From: Carpediemonas membranifera BICM
Lineage: Eukaryota > Protista > Fornicata
Length of the DNA stretch: 64,000 bases
Direction of reading: 5' to 3'
Assembly: GCA_019828565.1 (NCBI GenBank)
Contig: JAHDYR010000067.1
Span: forward strand, 588,244-652,243
The notes under the pieces were generated by a model, which saw nothing but the letters and a program-made list of their open reading frames with translations, was not told the DNA's origin and did not search any database. This document shows, in pieces, positions 31,762-41,754 of this stretch; position 1 is the first letter of the stretch, and every line of letters starts with the position of its first letter. Made by a program: the position numbers and the translations under genes.

Positions 31762-33114
31762 TCACGACTCAGACCCGAAGACAATCTCCTCCACGGCCCA
31801 CTTGCCTACAAGCTGGCTGATATACACCACCGCGTCTGCCGACCATCCCGCCATGGAGTCAAGCACGATCGAGTTCAACGACGGGGTTGAAGAGACAGAG
31901 TCGATAAACATGATGGCCGCCTCAGTGTTCAGCGTGTTCTTGCTGATGGCTAGATGCTCTAGCTTGGAGTCGGGCAGGCGTGTGGAGATGGTTATGATGT
32001 GGTCGGGAGTCAACCCGCAGTGGCTCAGGTCGAGTCGACGGAGAGGGACCGAACCAAGACAGTTGGCCAGTATCATCACCGTTGTAGCATCCATGCTGTT
32101 GCCAGCAAGAACAAGAGAAACCACGGGCAGGGTCTTGGCCTGGAGAGAGTTGATCAGACCAGCAACAGTGCCTGTACCCATGGAACAGTACGATACATCC
32201 AGGTAGGACAACGGCGGGGGCGAGTCAGAAGTAGTCAGGCTCAGCATGAGCTCCATGCCGCCTTCCTGGAGGTCGTTGTGATTCAGGTCAAGTCGGGTCA
32301 AAGTCGGGTGTGACTGGATGGCTTTGCCGAGCATGCTGACTGCGGTTCGACTGACACCGCAGTTTGAAAGAGTCAAATCAACTACAGTTCCGTTCTGTTG
32401 CATCATATCAGCGATAATCTGACATCCGATTTCACCAACCTCGACTGATGTCAACTCGATCTTGGTTATCCTCTGGCTGACTGCAAATGACCTCGCCAGG
32501 GCCTCCAGGTCCACAATATTAAGCCGATCGTCCTTGAGTGAGAAGGATGTGAGCTCGTTCTTGAGGAAATCAAGCACCTTGGGGTGGCACTCAGTCGCCG
32601 ATTCGACTGCCTTGAGCCCCACCACGTTGTTCCTATACTCCATCTCGGCTATCTTTGACCTAAGCGCGGAGTACCAGCCGGCCAGGGCGTCGGGGTCGGA
32701 CTGGAGGCAGATCGTCTGCACGGTTGAGACTGTCGGGTCGAGAGTAAGCTCAATAGTGTCGCTTACTCTACCAACCATCGCTCCGGGCAGCGGGAGGCGC
32801 ATGATGGCCTTGTCGCAGGCCTCGCTTCTGTAGAGCACGAGGGAATCGGCTTGGATCGTGCCAAACGCCCTTTTGGTCATCTTGGAGCGAATGCGGAGGT
32901 CGTAGTCAATCCATCCACTGTGATAAAGCGCATCATGACGGATTACAGGCCGCTGAGCGGCTGGAGGAGTGTCGTCGTCGGAGAAGTCATCGATGTTCTC
33001 TTCAATTTCATTGGCTGATGTGATTCCTAGATCATTACCATGAAATCCTCTACTCCAAACCTTTTGCTGGTCTGGATCGAGAAGAGATTCGCTAGCGTGG
33101 TTGCAAGCAAACAT
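31762..33114 (-). CDS. PH-domain + ribonuclease-inhibitor-type LRR protein
   Basis: PH-like segment HSGWI...KRAFGTI...LVLY...AGWYSALR; LRRs LTRLDLNHNDL, LSYLDVSYCSM and LRRLDLSHCGL. Confidence 0.85.
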   Translation of the reverse strand: MFACNHASESLLDPDQQKVWSRGFHGNDLGITSANEIEENIDDFSDDDTPPAAQRPVIRHDALYHSGWIDYDLRIRSKMTKRAFGTIQADSLVLYRSEACDKAIMRLPLPGAMVGRVSDTIELTLDPTVSTVQTICLQSDPDALAGWYSALRSKIAEMEYRNNVVGLKAVESATECHPKVLDFLKNELTSFSLKDDRLNIVDLEALARSFAVSQRITKIELTSVEVGEIGCQIIADMMQQNGTVVDLTLSNCGVSRTAVSMLGKAIQSHPTLTRLDLNHNDLQEGGMELMLSLTTSDSPPPLSYLDVSYCSMGTGTVAGLINSLQAKTLPVVSLVLAGNSMDATTVMILANCLGSVPLRRLDLSHCGLTPDHIITISTRLPDSKLEHLAISKNTLNTEAAIMFIDSVSSTPSLNSIVLDSMAGWSADAVVYISQLVGKWAVEEIVFGSES

Positions 33115-33265
33115 TCGAGCAGTTTTGGGTTGTTCTCAGCTCCACTGCCCCGCTAACCGAGCCTCGATGCCTGGCGCATGGTGGAAAGTATCATGGGATT
33201 CTCGATGTTGGTGTGGCTCTCCGCCCGGCTCCCGCTTATGGAAGTTTATGATCATTTACCATTTA

Positions 33266-34885
33266 TCACAGGGAATCGACGGGAATGAGGTCTTTCCACC
33301 TTCTAGGCGCCTCACACTTGATTATCTTTGGCATCTTCCGAACATACTCACCCACCACCTTGAACCACTGGCCAGTTGAGTCGCAGAAGCGGAGGGGGTC
33401 TTCAACATTGAACGCTGTCGCCTCAATTGGAACCATGGTAAGATTCCCACGGTGGCAGTAGTGGGTGGCGCCCTCGGTCACCCAGACGATCTGACCATCA
33501 TCGACCCAGAACCGCTTAACCCTCTCTGGGAACCGGAGCGGGGTGGCTGTGATGCACTTGTCGCGTTCGCCGAAACCAGGCAGCAGGCCCGACTGGGCGA
33601 TATGAAAGGGAACTTCGCCGGCGAAGAGCAGCTGGCGGCCGCTGAGGAAGACGGTGAAAAAACGAGTCTCTGAAGTGATGATCCGGTCGACCATGAAGGG
33701 CAGGTCAACGAAGCCAGACATCCCATCATCGTGCCCGAGCCCCAACCGGCCACAATAGTTGCCCCCGCTGATCATCTGCCGATCGCCCATTGAGAGGATG
33801 ACAGTTGTTGCATTGAGCAGACCTGCATGCATGATGTGATCTGGGACAAAGCCAGACGGCACTGCTACTGGGTGGAAGAAGTAGTAGTTCTCCCGCTCGA
33901 CTGGGCCGACAAAGCGCTCCGAAGCAGCGCCAGCCATGACAGTGCCGACCGGAGTGAGTATGAACGTCGCATCTCCATTCATCGACACAGCAGTCACCAT
34001 CCTGTGCTTCTCCCACGGGGGCAGGCTGGCCTCGAGCTCGGCGATGTTGGGGCAGGCGGGGAAGGTGAGGCGGGTCGGGTCGTTGAACTCATCCGACTCG
34101 AACCCAAGCTGGCCATGTCCGCTAGTGCCCCAGCCCCACAGACCCTTGGGCGTCCTGGCAATGAGGCTAATCCTGTTGCTGTAGACCTCGAGGGCCCTGG
34201 GCATCCTGGCCCTGGTGAGAGCGGTGTGATAGTGATTGGCAGTGTCGAGCATGAAGAGGCGGCCCATGTACATGTGGTGGTGGTAGCATCTGTCGTACCC
34301 AGGACGCTGATAGCACTCGCCGTCCTTCTCTGCGACATTAAACGTGAAGAAGAACTTGCGGCAGAGGAACCAGAGGCACTTGGCCTCGGGGGTGAGAGCC
34401 TTGCGGATCTTGTCGTGTGTCTCCCGATCACGAGGCCACCTCATTAGATTATCCTTCAGCACTCTGTCCTCGAGGTCGGGGTTGGCCCCGCCACCCAGCA
34501 GACACGCCCACACCGCGCCCTGGTTCAGCGTGTGCATGGCGACCGGGAGCTCCTCGCCATCCGCGAGCTCGATGTTCATGGACAGCGGGGGGCCGCTGGT
34601 GAGGTTCGAGCGGGCGCGGTCGAGGAGGGCTTGCGCGGACGGTTCAAGAGGGGGCAGCTTGGAGAGCGCGGCGATGAGGGATTCGAGAGAAGGGGCGCTG
34701 GTTGGTGCAGAAGTGCTCTTGTCGTTGTGGATCGAGGGCATCTGCTTCTTGAAGTGCCTGGAGTAGGCGCATTGGATCAAACAGGGGATGTCCCCGGAGA
34801 TGGAGGCCGTTATGGCGACCGAGGCGCGATATGCGGATATAAGTGTGTCTTTGATGCACGTTGGCGAGGAACTAGCGCTGCTCAT
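33266..34885 (-). CDS. RCC1-repeat mosaic family copy F (intact, 539 aa)
   Basis: Uninterrupted ORF from the first ATG. Confidence 0.9.
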   Translation of the reverse strand: MSSASSSPTCIKDTLISAYRASVAITASISGDIPCLIQCAYSRHFKKQMPSIHNDKSTSAPTSAPSLESLIAALSKLPPLEPSAQALLDRARSNLTSGPPLSMNIELADGEELPVAMHTLNQGAVWACLLGGGANPDLEDRVLKDNLMRWPRDRETHDKIRKALTPEAKCLWFLCRKFFFTFNVAEKDGECYQRPGYDRCYHHHMYMGRLFMLDTANHYHTALTRARMPRALEVYSNRISLIARTPKGLWGWGTSGHGQLGFESDEFNDPTRLTFPACPNIAELEASLPPWEKHRMVTAVSMNGDATFILTPVGTVMAGAASERFVGPVERENYYFFHPVAVPSGFVPDHIMHAGLLNATTVILSMGDRQMISGGNYCGRLGLGHDDGMSGFVDLPFMVDRIITSETRFFTVFLSGRQLLFAGEVPFHIAQSGLLPGFGERDKCITATPLRFPERVKRFWVDDGQIVWVTEGATHYCHRGNLTMVPIEATAFNVEDPLRFCDSTGQWFKVVGEYVRKMPKIIKCEAPRRWKDLIPVDSL

Positions 34886-35234
34886 TGGTTTCAGCGCTCA
34901 GTTCGGTGGTGCCCAAATTCTGACTGACGACTCGCCGACCGTCGACGCCAGCTGCGGTGTAGGGATGTGAGGCATGAGTATGACGGTGGTAGGCCTGCCT
35001 GTCCGCCCCTTTCAGCTGTGCGTCGCGCTCTGTCCAGCAGCACACTAACACCCGTCAGCATGGCTCGAATCTGATCCAACGTTTACGGCGACTGGCGATG
35101 AGCGAGCCTAGATTTGCAAGCCAAACCAAACTCAACCAAATCCTACAACCCGGCATGACGGTGGCCGTTCACCCAGGCGCTACCTGGACTAATTCCTCGC
35201 ACAATTCCATCCAACCAAGGCAAACCTACCATGT

Positions 35235-38200
35235 TTAACTGACAGTAACATCGCCATCATCTACACTAAACATGAAGTCCCTATAAGAGCTTGGCTTCAA
35301 AGCAACAGCTCGACTCTTCTTCCTTCGGTGAGTAATCGCAACAAAAAGTGCCTGTCCCACATGCTTGGCGATAGAAGAATACCTCATAGAGACCTCTTCT
35401 CCAGTCAGCGCGACGTTCACCAGGTCAAGGCCGGGTAGCTTCACTGGTGCATTCGAAGTCGCCACCGCGTGTGACAACAGGACGAAGAAAGCCTCGATGT
35501 TACCTCCCAAGACATCGGCCATCGTCACAGGCTGGGGGGTCCAACCAGCAAGAACAACCATGGGTGAGATAGTCATTCGATGGATGAACAAGGGAGGCGT
35601 CGCGGGCACGGGAACTGAGGAGAACCCGGCAATCGCAGAAGTGACGTGGGAGGCAATAGTGCGAGCAGCTGTCCCGTGTAAATCCAGCGTGACTCGGGGC
35701 ACAGTGGTTGACCCAAGAATTCCGGCAACTAGGCTGTCGGCGCGGTCATGGACCCTGAGGCGGGTGTAGCGGCATGATGCGTCTAGTCTGCCTTCAGTGT
35801 GACCAATGGATTTGATCCCGTTTGAGGTCGAGTGGAAAGATTTGATGGATCCGATAGAGAGATCGACGTCAAATATCGGTCCAATCTGATCCTCTTCCGA
35901 TTTGAATAAATCAAACTGGAGCCTGCAACCAGAAGAGGAGAGGGTGAGGCCCTTAGGGTAGACCAACACTCCCCCGACTGCGCTCGTGTGCTTCTTGGCC
36001 AAGTCCATGACAGAATCCAGACCAACCACCGGTCGACCTCCGATAAAACTGAGTGGCGAGGAGAAGGGAGGGCGGGGGTCACCCCGAGTGGAGTCGAGTG
36101 GAGTCAATGAAATGAATGACTCTGACGATGGGATGTCGAGCATGAGGAAATCTACGTCCGCATCGACAGAGCTTCGGCAAAGCTTCTGGGGTTCGGCGGC
36201 ACGCTCGAGTCGAGGGATACCGGTGGCGTCAAAGTAGTGCGAGTCGACGTCAATCACCTTCGAGTCAACAGACCCAGCCGGGATAAAGTGCGTTTCCCGA
36301 ATATACTGTTTCAGATCGGTCTTGGGTCCAGCGGGTTGGTCACGGGGGACATAGAAAGATTTGAGCCCATCAAGCAGCTCTGGAGTGAGTCCGAGGTTGT
36401 TCACCTCGCCCGCCTCAGATCTGAGCGCCTTCATCAGCTTCTCCAGCTGTTCCGATCGCCCAGCATAGTTTGCTGCATGTGTGAGCAGGGTGACCAACGT
36501 CTGAAGTGTCTCAGGTGTTGTAAACAGACAGGCCTTGGTCGTCCCCGCGATGTTCAAGTCGGCCAGAGACCCGGTAAATGTCGTATGGGTCGACCCGCAA
36601 GGAACGAAACCCAGGCTGGGGATGGAGTCGCCAGGTCGGGCGGGTGTGGTCATCTTAGAGTCGGCTGAGGTGTCTATGATGAAGAGATCAAACCCTTCGG
36701 GGATCTGCCAGCCTGCTAGACGACGGATATACATATCAGCATGTAAATCGACCTGGAATGATGGGCCGAACAGAGTGGTTGTGAGTGTGCCAGTAGCATC
36801 AACAGCAAGCAGCGCTTGGATATGCGGTATGGCCAGCACAGGGCAATAAGCCACGCCACAGTGGACAAGGGAGAAGGTAGCCTCGGGGTAGACCCTATCT
36901 GTGGGATCTGAACCACTGTTGTGGTCGGCCTGGCCCTTCGACTCGGACTCGATGTCGACGGTGGTCTTGTTCATCGGCCTTGACCCCAGTGTTTTTGTTG
37001 TAGCAGTAGTAGAAGAAGTAGTGCCCTTGGCTTGGGCTGGGGGAGGGGCAGCAGTGGGGGTCATGGCGAAGATGATCGGCTGAAGCAGGTCTCTGACGGC
37101 CCGAGCAACGACAAGACGCTCGGCCACGACAGCAACGAGGCCGGTGATGGTGGCGTCAAGAATAGGGGCGCGGCCGGGGACTTGGATGCCGGATACGGAG
37201 ATCTGGGCGAGATCTGGTGAGATATGTTTCGTTGTGTGGATGAAGGAAAAAGATTCACCGCCGAGGGAATATCTGATCAAATCTCCAGATTCGTTGGGCG
37301 TGACGGTTGCGTTGAACCTCGATCCGCTAGATGTGATCAAACCGCTGCCCTTGAACCCGAAAACTGCTGTAGCAGAGTCGATCGACTTGGTGTTTGACAA
37401 AGCGGTCGCGGATACGGATCCAACACTTACAGACACAGTCGCCTGACTCTTCTTCGTCCTGTCTCTCAGCCTCGCCGCATCGGGGTCAGCCACGAGATCG
37501 AGCAGACTCAGCAGCTTCGCCGAATCCTTGCCGAGTTCGATGACATCTCTGAGAGTGTCACTGCTTGCCCCGGCCTCTAATTCCGGGACCGTCAACTCGA
37601 CTGTGACTCCAGAATGTTGGCTCCAGTCTTCTTCAGGGTCGAGTGCCCAGCTGGGCGAGGGGGATGCCGATGTAAGGAGGATCTGGACTGCAAGATCGTC
37701 ATAATCGGTACTGCGGGCAGTCATGACAGAAACAGATCGGACCGCAACCGTGACGCGAGCAGTAGTGACATAATGGGATGTCACAGCCTGACCGACGTGC
37801 ATAAAGGAGATCGCGTCATTGATATCGGTCAAATTGAGAGATATGCCCGCCAAATCAATAGATATGCCCGCACACTGCACGCTGATCGGGCGGGGTGGCG
37901 CTGTGTGTCGCGTGCCAGTCACAGGAGTCGACAAATGGTCCAAATGCTTCACAATCCTCCGTATCGGAAGGACATAATCTGTCAAAGCCTCAGCAGTCAA
38001 CATATATCTTGCCGGATCCAACGTCAAATCTACAGATCCGACTGCAACCGACCGCTCCGCCCCCATCTTGACAACGAGCGCCTCCTCGTCGTCAGTGGTG
38101 ACACTCAACCCGGCCGATGACACCAGGGCTGAGTGTATTGTGACCTCATGTGTTCCAGACGTGGCGCCGAGGGGGAGGGTGAGGGTGTGTGTGCTTTCAA

Positions 38201-39350
38201 GGCCGAGCTCGAGGCGGACTCGGTTCAAGTCGTCGACTGCTAGCTCTTCAGAGAGTAAATCTATTTCCAAGATTGCCTTGCCGACTGAGATATGGACAGA
38301 CACACCAAGTGGCTCAACCGGCTCCTCGAGGGCGTCGTAAAACACAGTCTCGCCTCCATCCCGTAGCGTCTCAGCAACGTGCGATACTGCATTGTCGAGC
38401 AGCTTATTAAAATAAAAAGGCTGGGCTCGGGTTGGGATTGGGCTGGAATCTGGGACAAGCACAGACAAAAGCTGAGACCTCTCATCGTGGGAGAGAGCAG
38501 CAGTGAACTTGCGGGGGCGTGTCATCTGTTGGTTGGCTGGTATCGCCGAGGGTCGACGTAATAAAGTCACAACTCCAGCCAAGTCGTCCGTAAACTGCGC
38601 AGTGACCTTCCCCGTGACCGAACTGATGTCTAGTTCGAGTGAAATGGCAGTTACAGCATTAGCTTCGAGTCGGGCGCCTACTCGTGCTCTGGAGGGATCG
38701 AGGACGACAAGGTCTGCGGTCGACCCCTGGTGGTGGTGTGTGACGGTGCACTCTGGCACATCAATGGCGAATGCGATGTCATTCGCGTCTGTGTCTGCGA
38801 GTGGATTGATTTCGACCGTTCCTGGAACTGCCAGGCTGACAAACGGGGTGTTAAACCCGCTAATCGTCACAGTGCTGTCTTCAACAGTCAACATGAGTCT
38901 CCTGAGGAGAGCAGCGAGCATAGTAGACACTTCCTGCTGCTCCTTGTCCGAATCTTCGTTGGACGTTGAAGGGCGGCCAACGAGGGGCGATTCATTCGGC
39001 CTAAGCTTGAGCAGGAGTCCCCATATATGTACATGATAAACTTGTCCCATAACATCGGCGAGCTGCTGCCCGCGGCCGAGCTTGGCACCGTACTTCACAA
39101 GCGAAGACAGGTATGGGATGTCAATGCGGCACATGCCAGCAGAACCGTGGTCGATAAGATAAGGGGAGTTAGCAAGGTATGGGTTAATTGCCGCAGGTGA
39201 GATCTGAAGGCCCTCTATCTCTAGAAACCCAGAGGTGAGAGAGGTTTGGAGCTGATCAAGCGATATTTCGGTCGAAAGAAACCAGGATATCCTCTTGTTC
39301 AGTGCTACAAGCATCTTGGAAAGAAGGGCATCGGTTAGGAACTGAAGCAT
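35235..39350 (-). CDS. ATG2-like (chorein-N) bridge-type lipid transfer protein
   Basis: N-terminus ISWFLSTEISLDQLQTSLTSGFLEIEGLQIS...INPYL...HGSAG..RIDIPY is chorein-N-like. C-terminus FIHRMTISPMVV..WTPQPV...VLGG is ATG2-like; beta-rich middle. Confidence 0.7.
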   Translation of the reverse strand: MLQFLTDALLSKMLVALNKRISWFLSTEISLDQLQTSLTSGFLEIEGLQISPAAINPYLANSPYLIDHGSAGMCRIDIPYLSSLVKYGAKLGRGQQLADVMGQVYHVHIWGLLLKLRPNESPLVGRPSTSNEDSDKEQQEVSTMLAALLRRLMLTVEDSTVTISGFNTPFVSLAVPGTVEINPLADTDANDIAFAIDVPECTVTHHHQGSTADLVVLDPSRARVGARLEANAVTAISLELDISSVTGKVTAQFTDDLAGVVTLLRRPSAIPANQQMTRPRKFTAALSHDERSQLLSVLVPDSSPIPTRAQPFYFNKLLDNAVSHVAETLRDGGETVFYDALEEPVEPLGVSVHISVGKAILEIDLLSEELAVDDLNRVRLELGLESTHTLTLPLGATSGTHEVTIHSALVSSAGLSVTTDDEEALVVKMGAERSVAVGSVDLTLDPARYMLTAEALTDYVLPIRRIVKHLDHLSTPVTGTRHTAPPRPISVQCAGISIDLAGISLNLTDINDAISFMHVGQAVTSHYVTTARVTVAVRSVSVMTARSTDYDDLAVQILLTSASPSPSWALDPEEDWSQHSGVTVELTVPELEAGASSDTLRDVIELGKDSAKLLSLLDLVADPDAARLRDRTKKSQATVSVSVGSVSATALSNTKSIDSATAVFGFKGSGLITSSGSRFNATVTPNESGDLIRYSLGGESFSFIHTTKHISPDLAQISVSGIQVPGRAPILDATITGLVAVVAERLVVARAVRDLLQPIIFAMTPTAAPPPAQAKGTTSSTTATTKTLGSRPMNKTTVDIESESKGQADHNSGSDPTDRVYPEATFSLVHCGVAYCPVLAIPHIQALLAVDATGTLTTTLFGPSFQVDLHADMYIRRLAGWQIPEGFDLFIIDTSADSKMTTPARPGDSIPSLGFVPCGSTHTTFTGSLADLNIAGTTKACLFTTPETLQTLVTLLTHAANYAGRSEQLEKLMKALRSEAGEVNNLGLTPELLDGLKSFYVPRDQPAGPKTDLKQYIRETHFIPAGSVDSKVIDVDSHYFDATGIPRLERAAEPQKLCRSSVDADVDFLMLDIPSSESFISLTPLDSTRGDPRPPFSSPLSFIGGRPVVGLDSVMDLAKKHTSAVGGVLVYPKGLTLSSSGCRLQFDLFKSEEDQIGPIFDVDLSIGSIKSFHSTSNGIKSIGHTEGRLDASCRYTRLRVHDRADSLVAGILGSTTVPRVTLDLHGTAARTIASHVTSAIAGFSSVPVPATPPLFIHRMTISPMVVLAGWTPQPVTMADVLGGNIEAFFVLLSHAVATSNAPVKLPGLDLVNVALTGEEVSMRYSSIAKHVGQALFVAITHRRKKSRAVALKPSSYRDFMFSVDDGDVTVS

Positions 39351-39825
39351 CACTTCCTTTGATGGTTTTGGTTCTGGATGGTATTTATGAATTTACTCGA
39401 TTGTATGTAAACATGTACATACCATTATTCAGCCATTGCGGGGCGCCGAAGCGCCTCCACGCTGACTCCGCTGGATGGCGGCGGTAGGAGGGGGTGGGGG
39501 GAGATGTGGAGGATTGATCACGGACGTGGCCAGTTTTATGGTTTACTGGATTGCATAATATGTAATAGATTGATCCGCGCTTCTCAGAGGCCAGACGGAG
39601 GCGAGCATCTGACTTCTTGCATACCTCAGGGGGCCGGCTGGTGTGATTGGGGCGCTGGCTGCTCGGGTGAGCAGCCAGGCAGTGACTCATAATCGATCAC
39701 TTCTCATAAATCAGGCACCACGGCAAGATTTACGTAGTTTAACCAGGATATCACGCAGTCTGGCGTCGGCGGTCGGCGAGTCGGCAGTCAGAATTTGGCA
39801 ACCACCGAACTGAGCGCTGAAACCA

Positions 39826-41465
39826 ATGAGCAGCGCTAGTTCCTCGCCATCTGCCATCAGAGATGCGCTGATCACCGCATATCGCGCCTCGCTTGTTGTG
39901 ACGGCCTCCATCTCTGGTACATCCCATCCTTGATCCAGTGCGCCTACTCCAGGCACTTCGACGGGCAGATGCCCTCGATCCACAACGACAAGAGCACTTC
40001 TGCACCAACCAGCGCCCCTTCTCTCGAATCCCTCCTCGCCGCGCTCTCCAAGCTGCCCCCTCTCGAGCCATCCGCGCAAGCCCTCCTCGACCGCGCCCGC
40101 TCGATCCTCACCAGCGGCCCCCCGCTGTCCATGAACATCGAGCTCGCGGATGGCGAGGAGCTCCCGGTCGCCATGCACACGCTGAACCAGGGCGCGGTGT
40201 GGGCGTGTCTGGTGGGCGGCGGGGCCAACCCCGACCTCGAGGACAGGGTGCTGAAGGAGGCTCAAGAGGAGTGGCCGCACAATCCCGAGATGCACGACAA
40301 GATCCGCAAGGTCATCGCCCCCGAGGCCAAGTGCCTCTGGTTCCTCTGCCGCAAGTTCTTCTTCACGCTGAACGTCGCCGAGAAGGACGGCGAGTGCTAT
40401 CAGTTCACAGAGTACGAATATTGCTACCACCACCGCATGTACATGGGTCGACTCTTCATGCTCGACACGAGACACCACACCGCCCTCACCAGGGCCAGGA
40501 TGCCCAGGGCCCTCGAGGTCTACAGCAACAGGATTAGCCACATCGCCAGGACGCCCAAGGGCATGTGGGGCTGGGGCACTAGCGGACGTAGCCAGCTTGG
40601 GTTCCAGTCATTTAAGTTCAACGACCCGACCCGCCTCACCTTCCCCGCCTGCCCCAAGGTCGCCGCGCTCGAGGCCAGCCTGCCCCCCTGGGAGAAGCAC
40701 AGGATGGTGACTGATGTGTCGATATATGAATATCAGACGTTCATACTCACTCCGGTCGGCACTGTCATGGCGGGCAACAAGGCGAATTGGTTCATAGGCG
40801 AAGCCGAGAGGGGCAATAGACGTCTGTTCACCCCAGTAGCAGTGCCGTCTGGCTTTGTCCCAGATCACATCATGCATGTGGGTCCGTTTAATGCAGCGAC
40901 TGTCATCCTCTCAATGGGCGATCGGCAGATGATCAGCGGGGGCAACTATTGTGGCCGGCTGGGACTCGGGCACGATGATGATATGACACGCTTCGTCGAC
41001 CTGCCCTTCTGGGTCGACCGGATCATGACTTCTGCATTTGTTTTCACCGTCTTCCTCGGTGGCCGCCAGCTGCTCTTCGCTGGTCGAGTTCGCCCTCATA
41101 TCGCCCAGTCGGGCCTGCTGCCTGGAAAACGCAGGGACGACAAGTGCATCACATCCACCCCGCTCCGGTTCCCAGAGAGGGTCAAGGGGTTCTGGGGTGA
41201 CTATGATCGGATGGTCTGGGTGACCGAGGGCCGCACTCATTTGTGCGACAACGAACACGACGACCAGATCTGTGTGCCCTTTGAGGCTATGGCATGCCAT
41301 AGAACATTGATCAATGACAATTGCATCCAATTATTCCGCGACTCCACCGGCCAGTGGTTCAAGGTGGTGGGTGAGTCAGATGGGGTGGCTGAGCTGGTCG
41401 AGTGCGAGGTGGCCGAATCGTGGGAAGACATCATTCCCATCGATGTCGAACCGTATGATTCATAA
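39826..41465 (+). CDS. RCC1-repeat mosaic family copy G (open from MPSIH ATG at 39969)
   Basis: Family framework; -1 leader allele. Confidence 0.85.
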
Positions 41466-41754
41466 ATGAAGTCAACCCCACTCCAAGTCTCTCAACCATT
41501 TACCACTCGCTCAAGCAGGCCCGCTTGTCGGCTCCACAGTCTGCGGGGCGGGTTGAGCCTCACCCTGGACCATCGGCTGAACCTTGCCGGGCCCCATCCC
41601 AGTCTCTCGCTGTGGCTGGGCGTCGAGCGTGGCACGACAGTATGGAAGCCATCATCCAGCTCTCAGGAAAGTAAGCAAGGAAGGTAAGATGTCCGGTCTG
41701 AAAGGAGGCACCTCATTTACCATAAGACCATAATCCAAGAACCATCCTCCAACC

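Noticed and set aside
39744-39756. 13-nt match CAGGATATCACGC between the copy G flank and the putative omegaRNA
   Set aside because: Matches of this length are expected by chance in 64 kb, so it is no evidence of Fanzor targeting the RCC1 family.
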